From: Selaginella moellendorffii
Lineage: Eukaryota > Plantae > Lycopodiophyta
Direction of reading: 5' to 3'
Assembly (NCBI RefSeq): GCF_000143415.4
Contig: NW_003314369.1
Coordinates: 62,001 to 126,000, forward strand
DNA: 64,000 bases
Below are positions 38,901-50,943 of the stretch, piece by piece; the first letter of the stretch is position 1, and the number at the start of each line of letters is the position of its first letter. Both the position numbers and the translations under genes were made by a program. The notes under the pieces are model-generated. The model was not told the origin of the DNA and did no database searches. It saw only the letters and a list, made by a program, of their open reading frames with translations.

Positions 38901-41900
38901 ACCAACGGAGTCAGCCATCCTTGCTGCTCTGGGTGTCACCTAGCTTACAAAAGTGTGATATGCCCCTGCCCGCAGGGACATAGAGAGAGAAGCTAAAGGC
39001 CCCAACCCTCCTGAGCAAAAAAACCAAACCCGTCAGTAAGGTTTAGATAGACTACTGTAAACAGGTAATTAGAGTTGTTTACATGGTCACGCCTTTTTAA
39101 ATGAATTAAGGAACATCGACAGAGAGATGGGTGATGTGACGAGTCTATAGTGGCTACCCCATGACTAAAGATTTCACTATACACACGAAGTGCCGAAGCT
39201 AGTCTGCCTATACTGGCCCAAATTCAAAGATCAATAGATGGACAATATCAAAGTCATAAACAATGATATCTTAAAGTCTTAATTATCAGTGAATAAATCT
39301 TAGATTAGAACACAAAAGTATTCCAAGTAAGTTATCATCCGATAAACCAGTAGTATAGTATAGGAACCACCAAGATCACAATAGTTGGAAATATAAGATT
39401 TACTATCCAACAAAATTCAATAGCCAGTGTATCATTAAAGAAACTCAATGATAAAACTTAACTATCGATGATGGCAGACAGTAAGCCAAGCAACTTACTA
39501 AAGATAACTCAAAGAATAGAAAGTATCATTGACTGACAAACACAATGCTCGCGAATGTATCACCCGAAGGAAATAACATCCCAATTTATCAGAACTAACC
39601 CGAGCAATAATCAATAGAACAGAATGAATGCGGTAAGACCAACAAACACTTATTCATGCCAACTATCACAAAAGCCAATCTAAATAGATCCTAGTCAACA
39701 ATATCAAGAAACCAGAGTTGTTTAAGCAAGTGTCAGCAACATCCTATTGATGTCTCAAACTTAATAAACCAATCTAGAGCAAACCACAAAGAACATGTGG
39801 TATTGTGAAAAGCTATAAATCATCAAAGAGAACAACTAACTATCATGAAAGAACATCAATCATCCCACGAATGAAGAGATCCATAATCATCGTCGAAGAA
39901 AGAATTTACCATTCCGAAGAATGGTAAATCATTCCATACCAACAATAATCAAGCAAAACTTTTTGACAAGGATAATCAACTATCCTAGATGATAGTCAAT
40001 CATCACAAATAATTGTAAGATGCAAAATACTAACTTCAACATCAAAGCTATGAGCCAGAATGCCTTCCCCAACAACTTCTAACAAATGGAACAACGAGCA
40101 TAAAAACTCAAAGAACCAAAAGCTCGAAGAAGCTTATAGTTAACTCTTGCCTAATAACAATCACAAGTTTTGCATGAACTAATTTCAATGCTAAAGAAGA
40201 AATAATGGTACAACCCACAATATCCTCCTCAACACATTCATAAGTTAAACTTCATAATGCCAAAGCTAATGAAGAGCATATCTACATCAATCCAAAATCT
40301 AAACATAACGAAGCTATGCTCAACAAGTGATCATTTAATCGATCCTCCATGAATCCATTTATAGCAAGACATAACTCACTTCATAACAAGTACAAGAAGA
40401 ATCATCAATGATTGATATATTCCAACTCAAATCTAATAAGGATTCAAACATTCCAATATTATCACTAACTCATCTTCTTATAAAGTTAGTATAGTCCACG
40501 ATTAAATCACTTTTCAAAGAAAAGCCAAAGCTCAACCCTTACTGAATAATTTCATCTAAAACACAATTAATTCAAACTTGCCACTCAGTTCATTTGAACG
40601 TCAACATAGTTGCTAACCAGCAAATGTACGAATGCCAATAACACAAAGCTATAGCCAAATCATCAACACTATCTTCATCAAGACTAATGAAACTCAATAT
40701 CAATCCTAATGGGAAACATCTCATCTCATTTGAATCTCAACATCAATAATGTCAACAACAAAGCATTACTTCAATGCCATCAGCACCAAAACAAAGCTAA
40801 AAGAAAGCAAGAGTGAATCACCACTCAAAGCTCTCTAGCAACTAAGCTAACCAAAATCAAAGATACTATACTTACTATTCGAGACTAATTTTTCAACAAT
40901 ACTCAGTTATAGATAACACTTCCTCAAGGAGTGAATCACCACATTCAAAACTCCATGAAATCTAACACTACAAACTAAATGCAACCAAATGATATTGACA
41001 GAGGTAAAGTTGATATGCCAACATGGAAAACCCATGTAAGTCTAACGACACGATCCTCCGCAACACCATCCAGTAAAGCAAACCCATCACTGCTAAATCT
41101 TCATCAAGTAAAGTAAGTGTCAAAAGTCCTTGACAAAGTTTACAAACAATCACTAGTCGCAAAGCAACTAACAATCACAATTCAACTTGCCTGCATAAGA
41201 ACCAAACACTAAACTTGCACCATTGAGTTATATACTTGTCTAATATGAACATAATACCCCAGATACGAGATAAAAGTTCATGGACAAGCACGAATAAAAT
41301 GACTACTCGAATCCAACTCAACCGCGATAAGCTCACCAACACATTTAGTCAATAGTTATGAGCATGCCTTGAAGAGGCTAGCTATACATGACCAACACTT
41401 AGTTGAAATTAAAGTGAAGATCATATCAGTACACAACTTCCTCATAGACAAAGCTATAATATGGGTACTAACATTTCAACCTCAAACAACTAAGTTGGAC
41501 GTCACCATCCTTAGCCAAGGTGCAAGAATACCAAAACCAAGTCAAGATTAGTGAGAGCTTACTACTCTCATAGAGTCTAATGAATTGAAAGGTGCAACCT
41601 GCCACCAAGCATAATGTTACAGAAGAAAAGCACAAGGGTCACCTTTCTAGAAAAGTGCAATGGCCACTTTTTTACACCAACTCTAGACTTTATCCAACTC
41701 AATTGCCTTAGCCCCAAAAGTTAGCATCCCTTTCGGGCCACATCATACAAACTACCTATTAAAGTTTAAACCAATCGAAGTGAACTCCAACCCCTTCACT
41801 AATTTGTACTGACTTGCGAAAACGGAATGGTTTTCGGGCAAAATGATCAATAGATCAGCCATTGGAAAAGTCTAAGAAACTTTGTGAAAAATTTCCATCG

Positions 41901-44844
41901 TAGAGAAAGAATGACTCTTAGTCTAGGAATACAAACTTTCAAAACTAAACCAACTTCCTCCTAACAACTTCCACCTCAACACAAATTCTCATGACCCATA
42001 GTATGCTTAAGCCTCGAACATCTCTTTTTGCCCATACTTCCAACATCTAACACCGACATCTGCAAAATGCAAAATGAACATCTAAAGTTTAATCACGAAG
42101 ACTATATTTTCAGACATCCATATTGCACTAACACTCTTCTTCAACCACCTTCAAGATCCAATGTGAAGCCAAAACACTAATAAGGAAAATGACATGGAAA
42201 ATCAAGTTCTAAGGAAAATTCTTCATCACTCGAACAACAATGCCACTTCCATTAACACAAGTGCTAACATTGTCAATGCCTTGACCTCACACCTTCTTCA
42301 TCCAACAATCTACTCCAAGTGATAATGGATCAATCAATAAGTTATAGCAAATGAATGCTATAACCCTTTCTAACACCACAATGGGCAAACTTTAGGAACC
42401 AAGGAACTAACTTAAGTTTAGCATAATGGACTGTCATTGGGAATTCAGTCAAAGCTACTACAATGCTATTATGTGCAAGTAAACTAGCTTCACTATCAAC
42501 CACTTTGGAGTTGATCATCGTTTAACCAAGCAACTTCATAAACACATTGCTCATTATCACATGGATATGATATAAAATCACAATGATTTGATCATCAATT
42601 GAGCAACGTCATAAGCAATGCTCATGTCATTACTTCAAAGGTTTATGTGAATATCAAGTGTCAACTCAATTCGACAAAATGCAACATAAATGCCACACTC
42701 CACCGATAAAGACTTAAAACACCCAACACCACTAACTTTTGTTCATAACATGGATAAGCTCATGTCACTCTCTTTTTGACCAAACTCAAGACTAATCCAA
42801 CACCAAGTTATTCAAGGAGCAATAGCAAGGTTCCCTAGAAAAGAATTAAGCATTGCAACCCAAGTCTTCAAAAGCAAGCTTAGACAAAATGGTTTAACAC
42901 TTCATTGCTATCCATCCCACGACTCACCATTTGCAAGACTATCATTCCCAACACGCATCAAGGTAGGGAGTCTTGATTGCATGATGTGAACATAAGCAAT
43001 GAGTTAACACCTCGTTGCAGATAATCTCTTCAAGAAGAGAAAATGATTTACGTGTTTGATCCTTCGTCCTTGACGACTCTCTTTTCGGTCTCATCTTTGA
43101 CTAAAACTCAAGCTTGCGTTTGCACTGCCTTCAGTCCAATCCAAGAAAAGTTTATGAGAGAGCACAACAATGATTACTTGAACCAATAGATTAATCTCTA
43201 CAATCTTAATTAATCCACTTATAATCATGCCTAGGAAGGATCCACTAGTGCCGTGCTAAACAGCTACAGACCAACCTATTTGCCACTTGTAACAAACTCA
43301 GGGAAAGTTTACTTTAACTCATGGTACATGGAACACTCATAGAACCATTGGAACAACTCATGGAACCACCGATAAGCTAACATTAATCCTACCAACTCAA
43401 AGTGTAACCTTGAGTTGCTAATGTGCCTCACTCACGAGCCCAAGAGAAAACTTGTGCAAACAGAACAACTCAATCCCTCTTATGAGCCCAAGAGCAAACT
43501 CACATTATTATGATACAAAAAGGTAATCAAATCCATCCCCAAGGAACAATTGCGAAGCCTTTTGCACCCAAACATGTACCCACTTGGATCATCATTTTCA
43601 TCTCTGCGTATGCAACAAAACTAGTTGCCCAATCTCATTGGATAGTATTCGCCAAGACTCATCCTCTGATACCAAATGTAGCGCACGTGGTTTTGACCTT
43701 TTATCCTATGGTGATTTACCATAGGATAACACCACAAAGCGGAACCTAAACCCTCCATGTGCCACTTGTTAGTGCCACATGTCACATGCCACATGTCCAT
43801 AAGACAGTGGTGTGGAACCCAAGGTTCAGGGCCTTGGGCCACTGAACGAAGGAACAATGCCAAACTCCCAAGCATGAAACCAAAGAGTGACGAAACCATA
43901 CTATGGAGCAACTCCCGAGCATACAGCCCAAGGAGCGAAGGGACAGGAGCCTGGAGCAACTTAGAGCAGTCCTAGAGCAACTAGCATCCCATTGTCAAGA
44001 TTAACACGCAAAACGGAGCCAAACGAAGTTTGGCGCGATTTTGGCATACCGGTGGCCTAAGGCAAGGATATGGGTACTCCACCAGCTAGCATGGAATGGA
44101 ACTTGGGCTTAGACCCAAGCCAAACGCAAAACAAGGATAGGCACGCAAGTGGGAGCTAGACTATGCCTTAGGTTGGTCAACTATGCCCGACCTACCCACT
44201 ATCCCTACTATCTTATTATACATTTGGAACCCTTAATAGCCCCCCCCCCCTTGAGGAACACATGCTTTGGGCTTTCACCCCAAGCCTCCCTTAGTATCAA
44301 GAGTTAGTCTCTGGGACAAGCTCGAAACTTACTAAATATGGAATGGCACTAGATTGTGAATTTGGACATGGGATGAACACCATTGTGTTTAGAATAATTT
44401 CTACATTCCGTAGATATGCCAAATGAGCAAATCTAGATGCTTTCCATAAATAGTGTTTGGGACCGAAATAAGACTAATACAAAGGGCATGATAGCAAGGG
44501 TGTTTGGCAAACACGGTAAGTTATCATCCAACGATATTGAGGGACTAATCTCAATACATGAGGGTTCTTGTCACTAGTCAATGCAAGACATAATGAGACG
44601 AGAACTCCTTATCAGGCTAAGTATGCTTAGCTAATAACACGTAGGAATTCCGTCCTTATGGTCGTCCAGTCTATATACACTTGAAATACCCAGTTAACTC
44701 CACTAGCACAAAAGGGACTGATAAAGGGCCCAGCAATACTAACCTCCTGCCTGTAAGGAACCAACTCGCCAAGGTGTCGTAGGCTAAAGGAACCCCGAAA
44801 GCATGACCAAAATGACAAAGAGTTCATCGGATGGGACCAAGTCA

Positions 44845-45112
44845 AAGATCGAGTCCAAGACCGACTCTAGGACCGAGTTCGAGATAGAGTCCGGAATCGA
44901 GTCCAAGACCGACTCGGGGACCGAGTTCGAGTCCGAGTTCGAGACCGAGTTCGAGACGGAGTCCAAGATCCGAAATCGGGTCCGAGACCGAGTCCGAAGT
45001 CGAGTCCGAGGTCGGGCCCGAGATCGGGTCCGAGATCGAGTCCGCGATCGAGTCCGAGACCGAATCCGAAGTCGGATCCGAAATCGGATCCGAGATCGAG
45101 CCAAAGACTAAG
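44845..45112 (+). repeat. CpG-rich hexamer array (CCGAGT/CCGAGA/TCGAGT variants) in U3 of the family-C LTR; also at ~51228-51495 and ~60189-60456
   Basis: Visible 6-bp periodicity. Confidence 0.9.
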
Positions 45113-45958
45113 TCCAAATACTAATACGGGTCAAGGGGTGAAAGCCCAAAGCGTGCGTCCCCCAGGGGGGGGGGGCTGCAGGGGGTTCCAAAAGTATAGT
45201 AGGGATAGTGAGGTCTAGGAACCAGTTTTGAAGGGACTCTCCAGTTGGGCTTCCAAACCGACTTGAGGTTGGAACTGGGACTAAGGGGCCTTGGGTGGGA
45301 GTGAGCATGGACTTGGCTGGTGCCGGAGGGGCCATCCAAGGAAGTGCTCAAGAGCAGCTCCCACTCCCGAAAGGGAAACCGATTGCGGTGCTCCCGGCTC
45401 CTGTGGAGTGGTGCCCCACTTGAGTACCATGCGGCTCATTGGTCCTCGCCCTTCCTAGGGGCTTGGGCCTTCCTTCGGGATGGAAGTGGGGGGCGAGAGG
45501 TACCCATACCGGGCCATTAGGCCACGGTGTTTCGCCCCGGCGTCCCGAAGCAAGTGTTGCACTCAAGACTTGGGATTTAGAGGGTCCCATGATCAAGTCT
45601 TGTGGTACCAAGGGATGTTAGGAACCTGGAAGCTTGGTGTGCTTGGCTGCTTGTGCTTGCGGGGAGTGTAGCCGAACCTTGAGTCCAGTCTAACCCGGGG
45701 AGGGGGATTGGGAGTGATTTGGGAATCCGTGGAAGGATGGCTAACACTCCGTTGCTCGTGCAGTGAGTAGCTGAAACCAAGTAGGAGCTGGTACCATAGG
45801 CGAGAACCTTGGTAAGGGAACTTAGCAAAAGCCAAGGCAGTGTTGGACGGATAGACGAGGTAAGCTGGCAAATTAGAAAGGAAAAATTTGTGGCTTACAA
45901 TTTGGTATCGGAGCCTTTATCTCAGTTCTAGCGAAGGATAGAGGCGGATTGCTGGGAG

Positions 45959-48900
45959 ATGGCAAGGGCAGGGCGTAAGCGAACCCAGGCGGAGACGGAA
46001 CCTCCGCCGGAGCTGGAGCCTCCGGTTGAACGAGAGGCTATGGATGAGGAATCCCTGCATGAGGAGGACTCCAGTGAGGAAACTTCCAAACAGGAGTCCG
46101 GTGGCGAGGTTCGGTCGTCCAAGGCTCGATTGGACGTGCTAGAAGGACAGTTGGCACAGACCAATGCCCTGCTGGAGACTCTCGTACGCAAGTTAAAGCG
46201 TGACGAGAAGCGGAAGAAAAAGCGAAAGACTGCGGATGCTGGCAGCGCAGAAGGTGCGGACCCTTCGGCCGGGACTGAGGCAAAACCAGACAAGGTCGAA
46301 CAGACCGAAGTGGAATCAGTCCCTCAGGCAGTTCCCAAGTACAAACCAAAGCCCCCACCGGTGTTCAAGGGAGTGAACGACTATAAGGTTGTGGAGGATT
46401 GGTTTTACGATATGGAGGACTACTTCCGAGCGTTGCGGTTACCGAGCTCGGAGAAGGTCCCATGTGCAAAACCATACTTGGCAGATAATGCCAAGTCTTG
46501 GTGGAGAACAACGGAGGCCAACGAAGGACCGGTGGCCACCTGGGACATGATGAAGGCGAGGATCCGCGCGACATACGTTCCTCCGAATGCCACTCTGCAT
46601 CTGAGAGATGAGTTGAGTAGGCTGAAGCAGACTGGAACCATCCAGGAATATGTGAATGGGTTCATGGCAAAGAGGATACTTGTCACGGACATGGGGGATA
46701 TGGATGCGTTCCATGCCTTTATATCAGGTTTACAAACCTGGGCTCGCGGTGAGGTGATGCGTTGGAACCCGACCAACTACAAGGAAGCGTTGGATGCGGC
46801 CATCAAGGTGCATTTCAACGATAACCTGCGAAAGGGGAACACGACGGGTTCGGGATCCACGTTTCACAAAGGGGCCAAACCGAGGGGAACATATAGCAAG
46901 GGGAAATTCAAGAAGAGTTTCTCTAAGAATGAGTCCTCGGGGTTCCGGAAAGGCAAAGCTGGTGGCCAGCGAGTGAGTACGTGGGGAAGTCAAGCGAAAA
47001 AAGACAAACCCACGGATAAGAAGGTCAAGTCGTATAGCAGCGTGGGCAACAACGTATGCTACAACTGCGGCGAAGCGGGACACTTCTCGAGGGAATGTCC
47101 CTACCCGAAGAAGGCCAGAGCCAATATGGCCATCAAGTCGGGTGAAGTCCAAACTGAGGTATGTGATCCAGTCCCTAACTCAAAGTTACTCATTACACGA
47201 GCAACTTTGGTAGAGAGTCGTTCACGACATCTACTAGCCCTCCGAGGGAAGCTCGGAGGTAGCTTTGTTAAGATCCTTATTGACACGGGTGCTTCGGATA
47301 ATTTTGTGGCTGCAGACATAGTCCGGCAAGCCGGACTAACGGTGCAGCGGCTAGGCGAACCAAGGACTATAGAGTTTGTTCAGGGTAGCCAAAGCACCGA
47401 TGAGATACTTCGACAAGCGAGAGTCGAAGTGGGGACATGGAAAGTGGACATGGATTTCACCGTCTTGGACATGGCGGGATTTGACGTGATCTTCGGAATG
47501 GATTGGTTTAATCGGTTCGTGGTAGCCCTGCATGGACAAGGTAGGAACCTTGTGGTATTGGCGAATGCCCAAGGAAGAAGATCTAGGGTGGAGGCCCAGG
47601 ATCTAAAGGTAGGGCAAAGCAAGGCCAAAGAGTCATGCTTAAACCTGGTGTCCACGAGAGGACAACTCACTAAAGGAACTAAGGCAGCCTTTTTGTGCTT
47701 ACTCTCGGTGAAGAGTGACAAAAAGACAAGAACGGAAGAAGTACCTTTAGTGATCCAGCAGGTGCTGGACCAATTCCAGGATACCATGCCAGAGGAGCTA
47801 CCGGCGGGGTTGCCCCCCGCACGACCGATAGAACATAAGATTGAGCTGGTCGAGGGTGCTGAGGCGGTGGTTCGTCCACCCTATCGATTGAACGAAAAAG
47901 AACTCAAGGAGCTCAAGAGCCAACTAGAGGAGTTGGTGGACAAAGGGTATGTTAGGTTGAGCAAGTCACCGTATGGGGCGCCGGTGCTATTTGTGAAAAA
48001 GAAAGATGGATCTATACGCATGTGCATAGACTACCGGTTGCTCAACAAGTATACCAAGAAGAACAAGTACCCTTTGCCAAGGATCGAGGACCTGTTCGAT
48101 AGGTTGGGAAAGGCAAAATACTTCTCGAGGATTGACCTAAGGTCAGGATACTACCAAATCAGGGTAGCTGAGGAAGATGTCGAGAAGACAACCTGTCGAA
48201 CGAGGTATGGGAGCTTTGAGTTTTTGGTGATGCCCTTTGGGCTGTGCAATGCGCCGGCAACATTTTCGGCGTTGATGAACCACATCTTTGTACCCTATCT
48301 GGATCGCTTCGTGGTCGTCTATATTGACGACATCTTGATCTATAGCGAGACGCTAGAGGAGCATGCCGAACACTTGGCGAAGGTGTTTGAGAAACTAAGG
48401 GAACACAAACTGTATGCTAAAGAGAGCAAATGTGACTTTGCTCAACAAGAGGTAAAGTTTCTCGGGCATGTGGTGGGCCAGGACGGGCTCAAGGTGGACC
48501 CGGAGAAGGTCCAAGCGATCCAGGAATGGGAACGACCATCGAATGTACATGAGTTGAGGGCGTTCCTGGGGCTATGCAACTACTATCGAAAGTTTATCAG
48601 ACACTATTCGAGAGTAGCCCTGCCCTTAACGGACCAAACAGGAAAAGGGAAGATGGTATGGACAGCGGAATGCGAGGCAGCATTCGTCCACCTCAAAGGG
48701 AAGTTGAGGAAGGCTCCGGTGTTGGCATTACCAGACTTTGGTAAGGACTTTGAGGTAGACACGGATGCTTCGGACTTTGCGTTGGGCGCAGTTTTGAAGC
48801 AAGACAACCATCCAGTAGCGTTCTTCTCGAAGAAGCTGGACAAGGCTCAACGGAAGTGGCCTGCCCACGAGAAGGAATTGTTTGCGGTGGTCAAGGCGCT

Positions 48901-50731
48901 CAAGGAGTGGCGACACTACCTTGGGAGACACTTCAAGGTTTACACGGACAATGTGGCAACGAAACACTTCTTGTCACAGCCCGACCTAAGGGGAAAACAA
49001 GGTCGGTGGGCCAATGCTTTGGCCGAGTTTGATTGCGAGATCCTGTACAAGCCTGGGAAGAGCAACATCGTGGCAGATGCGCTAAGTCGAAAAGCGAGCT
49101 TGAAGTTGGCGATATCTAGCGCGACAGCAACCTTTTGGGATGATGTGCGGACCGCATACGAGAGTGATGGTCTAGCACAAGAAGTGTTGCTGAGGAATCT
49201 GGAGGCACGGGAAGCTCACCAGAGAGGTGAGCTGCCAACGGAAGAGAAAATGGACTATGCGGAACGCAACGGACTCATATATTACAAGCAAATGAGGGTG
49301 TATGTTCCAGAAGGGGAACTAAGGAAAGTAGCCTTGGAAGAGTGTCATGACGGACCTCTCGCGGGACACGGCGGAGTGCCCAAGACGATGGGCTTACTCA
49401 AAAGGAAGTATCACTGGCCAGATATGGCTAAGGACGTCCAAGACTATGTAAAGACATGTCCAACATGTCAGCAGGTCAAAGCCGTGACGAAGGCTAGTGG
49501 GGGCTTGTTGCAAAGCATCCCCATTCCAGATCGTCCGTGGAAATGTCTCACGATGGACTTCATCACGGGACTACCCCCAAGCGAGGGGTTCGATGCGATA
49601 TTCGTGGTGGTGGACCGATTTTCAAAGATGGCACATTTCATACCCACCACAATGGATGTGGATGCGGAAGGTGTGGCGAAGCTGTTCTTCGAACAAGTGG
49701 TTCGAGTGCGGGGAAGGCCGGAAGAGATTATCTCAGATCGAGATAAGATCTTCACCAGTAGGTTTTGGAGGACACTCCTAGAACAGTATCGCACCAAGTT
49801 GAAATTCAGCACGGCCTATCACCCACAGACAGGTAATGGGTATTGAGTCAAGATTGATGGCACTAACACTTCTTGACAGACGGACAAACGGAAAGGGTGA
49901 ATAGGCAGCTGGAGGATTATTTGCGATGCTATGTCTCGGGAGACCAGACCGACTGGGTAAGTCATTTGGGACTTGCGGAAATGTGTTATAACAACTCACC
50001 ACATTCGAGCATCGGGGTGAGTCCATGGGAAGTCATCAATGGGTGAGCTATTGAAGGTCCTGTGGAACTCGGCGTGGCCGAGTATCATGGAGAGTTACCC
50101 GCAGTGGAGGCATTCACGGCGGAAAGACTCAACATTTGGAATCTAGTGAGGGATTCCTTGGAACGGGCTCAACAAAGGCAAACTAAGTACGCGAACCAAA
50201 AGCGTCGAGATGTGGAGTTCCAAGCTGGGGAGAAGGTGTGGCTGAACACCAAGAACCTCAGGCTACCAAGTGGGATCAGCCGGAAGTTGACCCAAAGGTA
50301 AAAATGCATGTATTCCTGTAAATGAATTGATCTTGAGTTCCTTAAGCAGGTTCGCGGGGCCTTACGAGATTGAGGCTCGAATCGGTAAAGTGGCTTACCG
50401 TCTCCGACTTCCTCGAGAGATGGGGAAGATGCATCCCATGTTCCACGTGAACTTACTCAAGCCGTATTTTGAGGATCCGCTTCGCAAGGACCAAGTAAGA
50501 CCTTTACCTGAGGTTATCCAAGGGGAGGAGGAATACGAAGTCGAGGCCATCCTCAATGCGCGCAAGAGCAAGCGACAAGGACGCGAGGTGAGGGAGTTCC
50601 ATGTGAAGTGGAAAGGATTTCCACACTGCGAAGCAACATGGGAACCGGAGGAGAACCTAGCGAACGCGCAAGATCTAGTGGAGGAATTTCTGCATGGCAG
50701 AACTCTATGTACTTATGCAAAGTTCAATTAA
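45959..50731 (+). CDS. Gag-PR-RT-RNaseH-IN-chromodomain polyprotein of element C; predicted exons 45959-49832, 49880-50297, 50350-50731; in-frame TGA at 50044-50046
   Basis: [14 protein letters not shown]; LIDTGAS; YIDDILIYS; [23 protein letters not shown]; HHCC zinc finger. After splicing: SDRD-(35)-E ([12 protein letters not shown]), KLTQRFAGPY and chromodomain [24 protein letters not shown]. Confidence 0.9.
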
Positions 50732-50813
50732 AAGTATCAATTTGAGAAGTTGAGCAATGGCATATGTTGGGACCCGAAGGCGCGCCGAAGGTAAGCTAAT
50801 TAGCATGGGTTAG

Positions 50814-50943
50814 CTAGGTCGACCAGGCGTAGGGAGCTACGCCCGACTCCCTGCGGGGATGTCGAAACCGTAGACGTATTCTACGGAGGTTGGGTTCGAG
50901 TCCCAACCCCCTAGTAAAGCAAGGCTGGGTTCAAGTCCCGACC
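50814..50943 (+). ncRNA. tRNA-like cloverleaf plus a second T-arm hairpin in the 3' UTR of element C
   Basis: Stems ctagg/cctag, ggcgtag/ctacgcc, cgactccc/gggatgtcg, ccgtaga/tctacgg and ggttggg-TTCGAGT-cccaacc; second hairpin ggctggg-TTCAAGT-cccgacc. Confidence 0.55.

Noticed and set aside
44845-45112. CRISPR-like repeat array
   Set aside because: Short tandem hexamers without unique spacers, in a eukaryotic LTR.
49833-49879. Programmed frameshift or sequencing error as the cause of the integrase break
   Set aside because: The break is a 47-nt insertion with GT-AG ends and a branch point, not a 1-2-nt slip, and no slippery heptamer is present.
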